Origin: a virus
Lineage: Duplodnaviria > Caudoviricetes
Virus record (IMG/VR): IMGVR_UViG_3300049782_000136
Location: 1-38,199 of that record
Reading direction: 5' to 3' (one strand)
Length of the DNA: 38,199 nt
Made by a program: the position numbers and the translations under genes. Below, in pieces: positions 16,497 through 26,733 of this stretch. The notes under the pieces were generated by a model. The model made no database searches and was not told the origin of the DNA. It worked only from the letters and a program-made list of their open reading frames with translations. The first letter of the stretch is position 1; each line of letters starts with the position of its first letter.

Positions 16497-17885
16497 TTGG
16501 AAATACAAAAAGTGTCCGTAGATAAAATAAACCCTGCCCAATATAATCCGAGAAAAGATTTGCAACCAGGTGATCCTGAATATGAAAAATTAAAACGCTC
16601 GATTCATGAATTTGGCTATGTGGAGCCTCTCATCTGGAATCAAAGAACAGGGAACTTGGTTGGTGGCCATCAGCGATATAAAATTTTACTCGAGCGAGAT
16701 ATCCAAGAGGTAGAGTGCTCTGTTGTAGACCTGGATGAAAACCGAGAAAAGGCTCTAAATATAGCTTTAAATAAAATATCTGGTGATTGGGATCTTCCTA
16801 GATTAAAAGATCTATTAGAAGAAATCGATACCAGTGATTTAGATGTAGAACTGACTGGATTCGATGTGGATGAAATCGACGATCTTATGGCTAGTGTTTT
16901 GGAGAGCAAAGAAGTCCAAGAAGATAACTTCGATGTAGATGCTGCCATTGAAGAAGTAGATGAATCAATTACTCAACCAGGGGATATCTGGATACTTGGC
17001 AAGCATCGTTTGATTTGTGGAGATGCTACTATCTTTTCCGATGCAGAAAAGTTAATGGAAGGACAGCTTGCAGATATGGTCTTCACGGATCCACCTTATA
17101 ACGTGAACTACGAAGGTGGAACTAAGAAGAAGCTTAAGATCAAAAATGACAATATGAAGAGTGAGGATTTTTATCACTTTCTATATGATGCTTTCGCTAA
17201 TTACTATGCCGTTACAAAGGCGGGAGGTCCCATCTACGTTTGTCATGCGGATAGTGAAGGTATTAGCTTCCGATCAGCTTTATTGGAAACTGGTTGGGAT
17301 TTAAAGCAATGTTTAATCTGGGTGAAACATCAACTGATTCTAGGTAGACAGGATTATCAATGGAAGCATGAGCCGATCTTATATGGATGGAAGCCTGGCG
17401 CAGCACATAGTTGGCATGGTGATCGAAAGCAAAGTACTTCTATTGAAGATGTTGCTCCACTAACCATCCAAAAAGATAAAGGCAAGACATACCTTACGTT
17501 TACGACAAATGAAAAGACAGTCATGTTGGAAGTCCCTAAATTTAAAATTATTCATGCGTCAAGCGAGGATAATTCAACGGTTTGGCGATTCGATAAGCCA
17601 ACACGAAACGGGGACCATCCTACCATGAAACCCATTAGTTTATGTGCAAAAGCTGTTCGAAACTCCAGCCCTGTTAATGGATTGGTACTCGATTTCTTTG
17701 GTGGATCTGGTTCTACGTTAATGGCCTGTGAACAGCTCGGCAGACGTTGTTACACGATGGAGTTAGATCCCATTTATTGTGATGTAATCGTTCGGAGATG
17801 GGAGGAGTTCACTGGAAAGAAAGCGGTGAGACAACATGGCCAGACCAACGAAATTAACGCAAGGGTTGAGTCAACGGATAGTTGA
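16497..17885 (+). CDS. ParB-like N-terminal domain + adenine DNA methyltransferase (N6_N4)
   Basis: YNPRK..LVGGHQR ParB; FTDPPYN; HPTMKP; LDFFGGSGST; GAGGTG RBS before TTG 16497. Confidence 0.92.
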   Translation: MEIQKVSVDKINPAQYNPRKDLQPGDPEYEKLKRSIHEFGYVEPLIWNQRTGNLVGGHQRYKILLERDIQEVECSVVDLDENREKALNIALNKISGDWDLPRLKDLLEEIDTSDLDVELTGFDVDEIDDLMASVLESKEVQEDNFDVDAAIEEVDESITQPGDIWILGKHRLICGDATIFSDAEKLMEGQLADMVFTDPPYNVNYEGGTKKKLKIKNDNMKSEDFYHFLYDAFANYYAVTKAGGPIYVCHADSEGISFRSALLETGWDLKQCLIWVKHQLILGRQDYQWKHEPILYGWKPGAAHSWHGDRKQSTSIEDVAPLTIQKDKGKTYLTFTTNEKTVMLEVPKFKIIHASSEDNSTVWRFDKPTRNGDHPTMKPISLCAKAVRNSSPVNGLVLDFFGGSGSTLMACEQLGRRCYTMELDPIYCDVIVRRWEEFTGKKAVRQHGQTNEINARVESTDS

Positions 17886-18309
17886 TGCCATAAGAATGGG
17901 CAATTATATGGAAACCGCAGCAGCATTTGCAGGGGTGCACAAATCAACCCTTTATGAATGGTTGAAGAAAGGAGCCAAATCAAAAAGTGGTATTTATAAA
18001 GAGTTTTCCGACGCAGTAAAAAAGGCATTAGCGGAGGCAGAAGTGAGAGATGTAGCAATCATTTCCCAAGCTGCCAAGGAAAGTTGGCAAGCATCTGCAT
18101 GGCGACTGGAAAGGAAATTTCCGGATAAATGGGGAAAGAAAGCGATTAAAAATGACAATCCAGCAATAGAAGAGGCAAAATTAGCGAAACTACATGCGGA
18201 AATTGAACTGATCAATCAGCGCATCAACCAATTGAAGGATACAACAGAAGGCACTTCTGACCTGGTGGATGACTGGGTGAGGTCGGTCCTAGAAAATGAC
18301 GAAAAGTAG
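17836..18309 (+). CDS. terminase small subunit
   Basis: MARPTKLT, HTH and WQASAWRLER; directly upstream of TerL. Confidence 0.8.
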   Translation: MARPTKLTQGLSQRIVDAIRMGNYMETAAAFAGVHKSTLYEWLKKGAKSKSGIYKEFSDAVKKALAEAEVRDVAIISQAAKESWQASAWRLERKFPDKWGKKAIKNDNPAIEEAKLAKLHAEIELINQRINQLKDTTEGTSDLVDDWVRSVLENDEK

Positions 18310-19723
18310 ATTACAGTTTTTTATCGAAAGAAACCCCATTTATCGCAAAGAACCTTGGACCTTTGCAAAAGAAGTTTGCTTTTTTGAACCAGACGATTGG
18401 CAACTCCAAGTATTAAAAGATTTAGCTGTAAGCCCTCGGATTTCGGTTCGATCTGGTCAGGGTGTTGGAAAGACAGGACTAGAAGCCGTTACGATTCTTT
18501 GGTTTCTGACATGTTTCTCATACCCCAAAGTGGTAGCCACAGCTCCGACCATGCAACAGCTTTTCGATGTTCTATGGGCTGAAATCAGCAAATGGCAATC
18601 GAAGAGTCCTATTCTCCGTGATCTTTTAAAATGGACAAAGACGAAAGTGTACATGAAAAAGCATGAGGAAAGATGGTTCGCTACAGCTAAAACAGCAACC
18701 AAGCCTGAGAACATGCAGGGTTTTCACGAAGACAACATGTTATTTGTCGTGGATGAGGCTTCTGGTGTCGCGGATAACATCTTGGAAGCTATCCTTGGTA
18801 CATTGTCAGGTGGAAACAATAAATTATTGCTATGTGGGAACCCCAACCGAACGAGTGGGGTTTTTTATGATTCTCACAACCGTGATCGGCATCGATATAA
18901 AACTCATAAGGTTTCATCAATGGATTCCTCTCGAACCAGCAAGGACAATATTGAGATGCTCTTAGAGAAGTATGGTCTAGAATCCGATACCGCCAGGGTC
19001 CGCATCTTTGGAGAGTTTCCCCGTGGTGATAGTGATGCTTTCATTCCACTGGATATTGTGGAGCAGGGTGCGAATACGAAACTACTTATCCGAGAAGCAA
19101 TTCAGGTTCTTCATTTAGGTGTAGACGTAGCCAGATTCGGAACGGATCACACCATTATTGCTCCACGAATTGATAATAAAGCACTACCGCTTTATCAGTA
19201 TCACAAACAAGGAACAACCGAAACGACCGGACATGTCATCGCCAAAGCAAAAGAACTGATGCAACAGTATCCGCAAGTTCAGCGTGTGATGATTAAAGTC
19301 GATGATTCAGGAGTTGGTGGAGGTGTTACCGATCAGTTAAACGAGGTCATCCAGCAAGAAGTATTGCCGTTTGAGGTACATGGGGTAATCAATAATGGCA
19401 AAGCCAACGATGACCACTATGACAATTTAGGTACAGAGATCTGGGGAAACATCCGGTCATTGCTGGAAGAAAACATGAAGGCATTTTTAAATGGAACAGA
19501 GGAAATCATTGAATTGCCCAATGATGAGAAGTTAATTTTTCAGCTCTCATCTCGAAAATTCAAAATGACCAGCCGAGGTCGCATCGCATTGGAAAGAAAA
19601 GAAGAAATGAAAAAGCGTGGATTGGATTCACCTGACCGTGCTGATGCCATAGCCTTGGCATTTTACGAACCAATTGTCATACCTGAATATGCATCTTTAC
19701 CACTTGTGAAGGGGGTGAAATAG
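18296..19723 (+). CDS. terL: terminase large subunit
   Basis: RSGQGVGKT, VVDEASG, GNP, GVDVARFG.D and SPDRADA motifs. Confidence 0.95.
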   Translation: MTKSRLQFFIERNPIYRKEPWTFAKEVCFFEPDDWQLQVLKDLAVSPRISVRSGQGVGKTGLEAVTILWFLTCFSYPKVVATAPTMQQLFDVLWAEISKWQSKSPILRDLLKWTKTKVYMKKHEERWFATAKTATKPENMQGFHEDNMLFVVDEASGVADNILEAILGTLSGGNNKLLLCGNPNRTSGVFYDSHNRDRHRYKTHKVSSMDSSRTSKDNIEMLLEKYGLESDTARVRIFGEFPRGDSDAFIPLDIVEQGANTKLLIREAIQVLHLGVDVARFGTDHTIIAPRIDNKALPLYQYHKQGTTETTGHVIAKAKELMQQYPQVQRVMIKVDDSGVGGGVTDQLNEVIQQEVLPFEVHGVINNGKANDDHYDNLGTEIWGNIRSLLEENMKAFLNGTEEIIELPNDEKLIFQLSSRKFKMTSRGRIALERKEEMKKRGLDSPDRADAIALAFYEPIVIPEYASLPLVKGVK

Positions 19724-19726
19724 ATA

Positions 19727-22018
19727 ATGTGGCCAATCGATCAAATCAATGCTTGGCGATCTAGACGAGAAGCAAGAAAATACTTTAATGGTTTGCGAAC
19801 ACTGGTAACCAATCGATTGGAAAGTGGAAGACAGACCAATGAAAAGTGGGAAAAACAGTTTGGTTGGTACGATAGTGTTATCTCCCGAAAAGAGATAAGA
19901 AGCAAGACTGTCATGGATTCTCTTTGCTTGATTCGAGATATTAATCCCGACGCTAGTTTGGCCATTTGGAACTTTCTCCGCTTGTCCAATCAAGGGCATG
20001 AGTTGGAATGTCTTAAGCATACAGGAAAACCAGATAAACAAGGATTAGAGTATCTGGATTCGTTGGCCAAGCGTGTTGGACGAATTTATGGAGGAGGAGC
20101 CGATCAACTGATCAATGTATTAAATCTCACTGGATATACCCAAGGTGCTATCGCATTGGAAATTGAATTGAATAAGGGATTGAACGAAGTAGTTGATTTT
20201 CATGCCATTGATCCGAGCACTCTGGATTTTCGTAGAAATGAAGATACCAATGAATTAGAACTGGTGCAAAAACGTTGGAACGGCACATACCAAGTATTAA
20301 ATCCAGAGCAGGTATTCTATTATCCGATCGATCCGGACATTGGCGATCCTTATGGACGAAGTCCGATTCTACCCATACTCCAAATCGTATTTTTTCAAGT
20401 AGAAGTTTTACGGGATTTAAAAGCGGTCGCTCATAACCAAGGTCATGCTCGATTTGATATTTCAGTTACAGAGCAAGCCATTATGGAGAATATCCCGCCT
20501 TCCATACAAGCAAAGGGAGCCGATGCAGTCCGAGAATTTGTAATGAACTATATTGCTGAAATTGAAGGAGGATTCAAGAATTTAAAGCCAGATGACAACT
20601 TCTTTCATACGGATTCCGTTGCAATAAACATGGTTGGTGGAACAAATGGGAAATCGATAGATGTAACCAAGATCATTGATGTCATTAACCAACAAGTCGT
20701 ATCTGCATTGAAACAGCTTCCTATTTTATTAGGACGAAACGAAGGCAGCACGGAGACACACGGATCCATTCAGTGGCAGATATACGTTGCTGGTATTGAG
20801 AGCATACAACGTGCGACCAAGCGTCTTCTCGAACGTGCCTATGATCTTGCTCTACAAATTAAAGGGAAGCAAAGCTCTTGCAAACTGACTTTTGATAGAC
20901 TCCGAACAACGGATAGAGAAAAAGAAGCACGAGCCGAGCAGCTGGAAGTAGACAGTTGGATCAAGAAGGTTAGCCAGGGTTGGGCAGATAATAATGAGGC
21001 TGCCAATGCGATAGTTGGTCATGATGCAGTGGCGGATCCACAACCTACTATTCTCACACCTGCTCCAATCGAAGAAGATTCAATAGAAGAAACACCATCT
21101 AAAAAAAAAGAGGATAGACTGCGACGGGCCATTCAGCTCACTCGATCAGATAAATTCGTAGCAGATTTATCGGACTCCTGGTCGAAGGAACTGGCTACTT
21201 TAACATCGAGTACAATAGAAGATATACATAATCTTCTACAACGCCAGCTCACTACTTATATCGAAAGAATAAAAGAAGCCGATGAGATTCCTACTCGCTT
21301 GATGGTTGGAATCGAAAGCATTCGAAAGTTACATCAAAGACAGGTCGATCCTACGGATGAATTCGTGGATTGGGTCATGCGATTTATCCTCTATGATTCG
21401 AATATTTTCATTCGAGATTGGGAAGCGATGGGTCAAGATTGGATGGAACAGGCAGCAATTTTAGGGGGTGAGGCATCTCTACTAGACTTACAAGCAGAGA
21501 TAGATTTTGATTCTCAACATGAGAACCTGTTGCAGTGGTTGTCCAATAGAGCATTTACAGATGCGGAATATATACAAAAAACAACGGATCATGATGTCGT
21601 GATGACGCTATGGGATGTAGTGTCCGAGGGGAAATACACTATCTCGAAAGCGGCGGAAGCTTTACAGGAAGCTCATGGATTCAAAGAGAATAGAGCAAAG
21701 ACCATTGCTCGGACACAGATGATCTCTGCTTCTCGCGCTGGCCAGTTTCATGCAGATAAACAATCCGAGATGGTAATCGGCAAAGAATGGTTTGCTGCTC
21801 ATCAACCCGATCGAACGAGAGAATGGCATTTGGAAGCGGATGGTCAGATACGTTCTCTGGATGAACCGTTTGAAGTCAATGGAGAACAACTTCTTTTCCC
21901 TGGAGATACAAGCCTCGGAGCATCGGCAGATAACATTATCAATTGTAGATGTGGATATTTCCGTATTCTAGAAGGAGAAGAAGACAAATTGGGTGTTTTT
22001 GTTTATCAAGGTGAATAA
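19727..22018 (+). CDS. portal protein fused to a MuF (SPP1 gp7-like) minor head domain
   Basis: Post-TerL position, DPYGRSPI portal motif; C-terminal RAKTIART..KEW..DRTREWH..DGQ..NIINCRC MuF motif. Confidence 0.88.
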   Translation: MWPIDQINAWRSRREARKYFNGLRTLVTNRLESGRQTNEKWEKQFGWYDSVISRKEIRSKTVMDSLCLIRDINPDASLAIWNFLRLSNQGHELECLKHTGKPDKQGLEYLDSLAKRVGRIYGGGADQLINVLNLTGYTQGAIALEIELNKGLNEVVDFHAIDPSTLDFRRNEDTNELELVQKRWNGTYQVLNPEQVFYYPIDPDIGDPYGRSPILPILQIVFFQVEVLRDLKAVAHNQGHARFDISVTEQAIMENIPPSIQAKGADAVREFVMNYIAEIEGGFKNLKPDDNFFHTDSVAINMVGGTNGKSIDVTKIIDVINQQVVSALKQLPILLGRNEGSTETHGSIQWQIYVAGIESIQRATKRLLERAYDLALQIKGKQSSCKLTFDRLRTTDREKEARAEQLEVDSWIKKVSQGWADNNEAANAIVGHDAVADPQPTILTPAPIEEDSIEETPSKKKEDRLRRAIQLTRSDKFVADLSDSWSKELATLTSSTIEDIHNLLQRQLTTYIERIKEADEIPTRLMVGIESIRKLHQRQVDPTDEFVDWVMRFILYDSNIFIRDWEAMGQDWMEQAAILGGEASLLDLQAEIDFDSQHENLLQWLSNRAFTDAEYIQKTTDHDVVMTLWDVVSEGKYTISKAAEALQEAHGFKENRAKTIARTQMISASRAGQFHADKQSEMVIGKEWFAAHQPDRTREWHLEADGQIRSLDEPFEVNGEQLLFPGDTSLGASADNIINCRCGYFRILEGEEDKLGVFVYQGE

Positions 22019-22099
22019 GAGAGTAATTATGATGCTAACTCTCTTTTTTGTATGTTATAGTAAATGTACAACCGTAAGCTCACACGGAAAGAAGGAAAT

Positions 22100-22330
22100 A
22101 TGAACCGGCGTCCCAAGAGCACACTTTGGGGTGTTCTGGCCCCGATCATCGGCGTTGCGCTGCTCAACGGCATCGTCTGGTCGATGGGAGAGGAGTACGA
22201 GGACAGGATTCTGAGCATCCCGAACTTGGTGATCAGCGTTCTGCTGGCCCTGTCCGTGATCGCCACCTTCTTCCTCGCCAGGGCGTTGTTCCGGAGCATC
22301 AGGAACAAGCCCCGCAAGGAGGAGGTCTGA
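22100..22330 (+). CDS. 76-aa two-TM membrane protein, high-GC moron
   Basis: GAAGGA RBS; about 60% GC by hand count over 100 nt; GC3-biased codons; extended -10 at 22053-22061. Confidence 0.75.
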   Translation: MNRRPKSTLWGVLAPIIGVALLNGIVWSMGEEYEDRILSIPNLVISVLLALSVIATFFLARALFRSIRNKPRKEEV

Positions 22331-22351
22331 GCCTCATTTCGAGTAGAGCAT

Positions 22352-22429
22352 ACGGCACGTCGCCTTGATAGGTACACACCTGATAGGTGACGAAGGTCGG
22401 CTGGATCCTAGGATCCAGCCGACTGCCGT
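22352..22429 (+). repeat. three-way-junction structure with a perfect 28-bp palindrome
   Basis: acggca/tgccgt; cgtcgcct/aggtgacg; gtcggctggatcct|aggatccagccgac at 22396-22423. Confidence 0.7.
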
Positions 22430-22503
22430 TTATAGGTTTTTTCCCTTTTAATGAGACTTTTAAAGAATTAGGAATATAGCCAAATGGAAAGGAGGGGAGT
22501 AAG

Positions 22504-23679
22504 TTGAGCGAGGTTTTACATTTGCCCGTTCGATTGACGACAGAAGAACAAGATACAAACCTTGATTTAATCAATCGACACACGATTGACCCTGTGACGC
22601 TTGAAGATGTCTTTACCTTTTCTGGGATCTGTTCCAATGATCGATTAGATGCCTATTTTACTCGTATGGATCCATCTACCACACTGAAAAATTATGCAGA
22701 AGATTTAAAGACAGGAGTCAGTCTCCAGCAAGGCCACAACATCATGGAGAATCCTTATGGCCGATCCTACAATGGGGAATTGATCTTATCTGATGATGGT
22801 TCTGGCAATGCTGTACGCGGTCATTGGTACATGATCCGTAACCTAGAAATAAACGGAACCAATACCAATGATGCCATTCGAGCGATCAAAGCAGGGATCA
22901 TTCGAGATATGTCCATTGGTTTTGGTGGCGAAAAAATGAATTATCGATGTGGTACCTGTAATCGAGATTTATACGATTGGGAATGTACCCACTTTCCTGG
23001 ACTGGAAGATGAGTTGGGAAGAATGAGTTTTGTTTGGGTAGTGGATGCTCGATTGCGTGAAGTCTCTACTGTCTATAAAGGTGCGACTCCTGGAGCTTAT
23101 ATCGATAAAGCCCGTCAATACGTCGAACAAGGGGAATTATCTCCGCATCATATCGTTAAGTTAGAACGCCAATACCAAGTCCGGTTGGATGATGGGAAAC
23201 GTTCTTTTTTTATGCCCAAAAAGGAGGAAAAAACATTGAATTTATTGGATCAATTGCGCCAAGCTTTGACCGAAAATAAATTGGAGAAAGCAAGAGTGTA
23301 CGAGGTTCTGCAGGGCGAAGGGGTCCCTTTTCGCCAAGAGGAAGACATTGTAATTCGCAATGAGCTAGGTAATCTGGCAAATGTTGAGGGGATTCGTCAG
23401 CTAAAACGGGAGGCAGAACAAGGGCAGCAATATGTGGCTGATTTGATTGATCAAGCCGTGCAAGCACGTACCCGTGCTCAAGGAGATCGCTTCGATGCCG
23501 AGAAATACCGTCAAATGCTCGTCCGAGCGAATGATATCGAGTTTGTGAAGGATGAAATCAAATCCTACGAAGACGAAACAACACAACGATTTACTGCTGG
23601 TCGTCAAACAGAAAAAGAACAAATGGAACCACAACCAACCAAACAAGTTCCTTTCCAAGATAAAAACATTTTCGAATAG
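22504..23679 (+). CDS. prohead protease / scaffold protein
   Basis: GH, DMSIGF, C..C..C.H insert, LREVSTVYKGA; helical C-terminus; position upstream of the capsid genes. Confidence 0.8.
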   Translation: MSEVLHLPVRLTTEEQDTNLDLINRHTIDPVTLEDVFTFSGICSNDRLDAYFTRMDPSTTLKNYAEDLKTGVSLQQGHNIMENPYGRSYNGELILSDDGSGNAVRGHWYMIRNLEINGTNTNDAIRAIKAGIIRDMSIGFGGEKMNYRCGTCNRDLYDWECTHFPGLEDELGRMSFVWVVDARLREVSTVYKGATPGAYIDKARQYVEQGELSPHHIVKLERQYQVRLDDGKRSFFMPKKEEKTLNLLDQLRQALTENKLEKARVYEVLQGEGVPFRQEEDIVIRNELGNLANVEGIRQLKREAEQGQQYVADLIDQAVQARTRAQGDRFDAEKYRQMLVRANDIEFVKDEIKSYEDETTQRFTAGRQTEKEQMEPQPTKQVPFQDKNIFE

Positions 23680-23692
23680 GGAGTGAGTGTAA

Positions 23693-24088
23693 ATGTACGG
23701 AACACGAGTTGGTGGAGTATCTCCACATCAATATGGATTACAAGTAACCGTCTTAGTACCAGCTGCGACCGAAGCAGCACCAGTGAAGGCAGGGGATGGA
23801 TTAAAACTCATCACTACCGCTGCTTATAGTGCTGCGAAATGTGAAGCAGGAGAAACTGTGCAATTGACTGCTATTCACGATGTTGCGGATGCTAGCACTC
23901 CATTGGGTTGCCAACTATACGGATTTTCTCGTATTGATAGTTTCCCATACTCCGGAACAGCTCCAACGATTGGTGCATCAGTGGAGTCAGATGGTGCTTC
24001 CAAAATGAGAACAGCAGCAGCTGCAAATGGCACATTCGTTTTATATGTAGATACAGTTAAACAAATTATCGAAGTGGCTATGCCTTAA
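23693..24088 (+). CDS. capsid decoration / cement protein
   Basis: Small Ala/Gly-rich beta protein before the major capsid gene. Confidence 0.65.
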   Translation: MYGTRVGGVSPHQYGLQVTVLVPAATEAAPVKAGDGLKLITTAAYSAAKCEAGETVQLTAIHDVADASTPLGCQLYGFSRIDSFPYSGTAPTIGASVESDGASKMRTAAAANGTFVLYVDTVKQIIEVAMP

Positions 24089-24100
24089 GGAGGAAATAAG

Positions 24101-25141
24101 ATGACTATTCGACTAAAAAACCACCAAGGATTAGAAAAAGAAATTCGTACAGGACCTTCCTTGAAGGCTTTTCTTCAGGAAAAATACCAACGTACCGACT
24201 CGCATGCAATTAAAAGATATTTATCATCAGAAGGTGTTCAGTTAAAAGAAGTCATTCGAGCATTAGGAATTGAAGAATTAGGAAAACAACAAGTTCGGAC
24301 GCTGCTAAGCAATGACGGAACCAAACCATTGTTTAATGCAGTAGTAGAGGATGGTCTGAGAATCGGATTTGAAAAGGAAGCCAATTGGCAATCCCTTATA
24401 ATCAAAGATATTCCACAAGATCAAATGTCTGGAACTTTCTATTACTTGGATTCTGATGAGGATGAAGTACAACTACGAGATGTAGGGCAAGGTGCTCCAA
24501 TCCCTGTTGGCACGATTAAAGTTGGGGATAAGAGTTATAAAATGCACAAACGCGGACGTGGGATTGAATGGACAGATGAATCCAAATCCGCCAACATCGA
24601 TTTGGTATCGTTGTGGTTTATGAAACTTGGTAAGAAACTAGGTCGTGACTATGAGAATACGGCAGTTTACCGCCTTTTGAATGGATATTTTCCAGATGGA
24701 TACGATGCTGCTCCTACCATCGGGGTAAAAACAGCCAATACGCTTACACTTGGAGATTTATTCTATGCGGTTTCGTACATGGACTCAGATCTAGGTTTTA
24801 CCGCTAAACGATTGATAGTGAATCTCAAGACTGCTGCTATGATTGCGGAGCTCAAAAACGGAGATAACAACTATCTATTTATCGACAGCTTAAAAAAAGG
24901 AGAGTGGCCATCTCCATTAAAAATTCCGATGCACATCAATAATCTGGTTCCTGACAACCGAGTGATCTTGGTTGATACCTCTTTTGCGTTGAATCGCCAT
25001 GTATACAAATCTTTCGGTGTAGAGTTTGAGCGTAGTGCCAAGACACAGGTAGAAGGCTCCTATGGTACAGAGATTAGTGAGTTTATTCCATTTGAAAAGA
25101 ACGCACGATTGATTATCACCATTGATTCTGCTAGATCATAA
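24101..25141 (+). CDS. major capsid protein (HK97 fold)
   Basis: Size, strong AAGGAGG RBS, synteny, VGQGAPIP..KRGRGIEWTDE. Confidence 0.85.
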   Translation: MTIRLKNHQGLEKEIRTGPSLKAFLQEKYQRTDSHAIKRYLSSEGVQLKEVIRALGIEELGKQQVRTLLSNDGTKPLFNAVVEDGLRIGFEKEANWQSLIIKDIPQDQMSGTFYYLDSDEDEVQLRDVGQGAPIPVGTIKVGDKSYKMHKRGRGIEWTDESKSANIDLVSLWFMKLGKKLGRDYENTAVYRLLNGYFPDGYDAAPTIGVKTANTLTLGDLFYAVSYMDSDLGFTAKRLIVNLKTAAMIAELKNGDNNYLFIDSLKKGEWPSPLKIPMHINNLVPDNRVILVDTSFALNRHVYKSFGVEFERSAKTQVEGSYGTEISEFIPFEKNARLIITIDSARS

Positions 25142-25156
25142 AGGAGGGATTGGCCA

Positions 25157-25336
25157 ATGACAGCTGCGAAAAAAGAGAAGGAAAAAACGAAGAAATACAA
25201 GCTCAAAGACCCGAATACGCAATATGCGGAAGGGTCTTTTTCATTGGTTGGAGACCAAGAAAAGGAGCTCCCAGCGAATCCTTCTCCATATTTATTGGCA
25301 AGGATTGAGGCTGGTTTTATTGTAGAGGTGGAATAA
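25157..25336 (+). CDS. 59-aa head-associated small protein (not in ORF track)
   Basis: AAGGAGG RBS; fills the capsid-adaptor gap. Confidence 0.75.
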   Translation: MTAAKKEKEKTKKYKLKDPNTQYAEGSFSLVGDQEKELPANPSPYLLARIEAGFIVEVE

Positions 25337-25786
25337 ATGGCATACGCCACCATCGATCAAGTCAGAGAGATGACCTCTTTTTCGGATGTGGCATCTCTCT
25401 CTGATTCCAAAATAACCAATTACTTGGAGAGAGCAACAGCTTGGATTCATCGAATTGCCTTACGAACATTTGAAGGAGAAACGGATCCAGTGCTGTTATC
25501 CGATCTCAAGATTGCATCTGTTCTACTGGTGGAGTACCTATGGTTTCATGATCATCCGGATATAAAAGAAAGCGAATTGAGTCCACTTGAATCAGAAAAA
25601 ATCGGATCGTACAGCTACACCATGAAAGATGTAACCACGGTAGATTCTTACAAAGAACGAGTATTTGAAGCCACAAGAACGGGTTATAAAGAACTGGACT
25701 TAATTCTCCAATCGCTAATACCTGCAGAACCAACTTCTTTCTTCTTTCGTGTATCAGGCCCAAGTGATAGACGAGGTCGATGCTGA
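25337..25786 (+). CDS. head-tail adaptor (YqbG/DUF3199-like)
   Basis: MAYAT..., SEKIGSYSYT motif. Confidence 0.8.
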   Translation: MAYATIDQVREMTSFSDVASLSDSKITNYLERATAWIHRIALRTFEGETDPVLLSDLKIASVLLVEYLWFHDHPDIKESELSPLESEKIGSYSYTMKDVTTVDSYKERVFEATRTGYKELDLILQSLIPAEPTSFFFRVSGPSDRRGRC

Positions 25787-26148
25787 TGATATTTGAGCGC
25801 AACCTTGTCCATCGTTGCACTTTGGTCAAGCCTGGAGTAGAAGTAGGAAAGGATCCGTATGGTCGCCCGATATATGAAGATGTCGAGATTGCGAATGTAG
25901 CTTGTCGAGCTGATCAGATTCGCAGAAGGGTATCCAGCGATGAGTCTGGTGTAGATTACATTTTGGAAAACATGTTGTTTTTCTCAGCCCAAACAGAATT
26001 AACGGAATCCATGAAAATAAAGCAGATTCAAGATGATACAAGACATCCTGTGTTGTCTGGAACATTTGGTATCCAGAATATCCGACCCATTTATGGTCGC
26101 ATTCGTTTGCATCATTATGAGGTCATCTTACAAGGGAGTGATGCCTAG
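25780..26148 (+). CDS. head-closure protein
   Basis: HRCT..DPYGRP..HHYEV motifs; synteny. Confidence 0.75.
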   Translation: MLMIFERNLVHRCTLVKPGVEVGKDPYGRPIYEDVEIANVACRADQIRRRVSSDESGVDYILENMLFFSAQTELTESMKIKQIQDDTRHPVLSGTFGIQNIRPIYGRIRLHHYEVILQGSDA

Positions 26149-26570
26149 TGGCTAGTGGGATTAACATAAAGGTGGATGTAACAGTAAATGCATCCGAGAT
26201 AGAAGCCAAATTCAAACAGGCCAGAAAACAAGTCGTAGAAGCCTCTGGTATCGTTTGGGCAGATGCTGCCAAACGAATCACACGAGACGATGACCATATT
26301 GATACTGGTTTATATATCAACTCCATCGGATACCTCACAAACTTTCCTGCACAAAACAAAAATGATCGAACAGCTCAAGCAACAGAGGGCGATGTACTGT
26401 ATGAGTTGGATGAAAGCCAAAGTGGTAGAACGACTCTATCTCTTGGTTCTAACGTGGAGTATGCAGAAGAATTAGAGAAACGATACAACATCTTTGGTCG
26501 TGCCCTGGATGCATCTCAAGATCGCATACAAGTGGTATCTACCGAGCAAGTGAAGAAAGTATTTGGATAG
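26148..26570 (+). CDS. HK97 gp10-like neck/tail protein
   Basis: IDTGLYINSI and GSNVEYA motifs. Confidence 0.8.
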   Translation: MASGINIKVDVTVNASEIEAKFKQARKQVVEASGIVWADAAKRITRDDDHIDTGLYINSIGYLTNFPAQNKNDRTAQATEGDVLYELDESQSGRTTLSLGSNVEYAEELEKRYNIFGRALDASQDRIQVVSTEQVKKVFG

Positions 26571-26733
26571 ATATAGGGCTAAGTCACCGATTTGCACATT
26601 GAGGTGCCACTCTGGAAATGAAATACATTTAAGGGAGGAGTCTATCTTTGTAAGCAAATTGGGGTGGGACCACTGAAGATTACCAGTGGTCCCGATGACT
26701 CCCGTTCAGCGACGAAAAGACTCCAGAGTCTTC

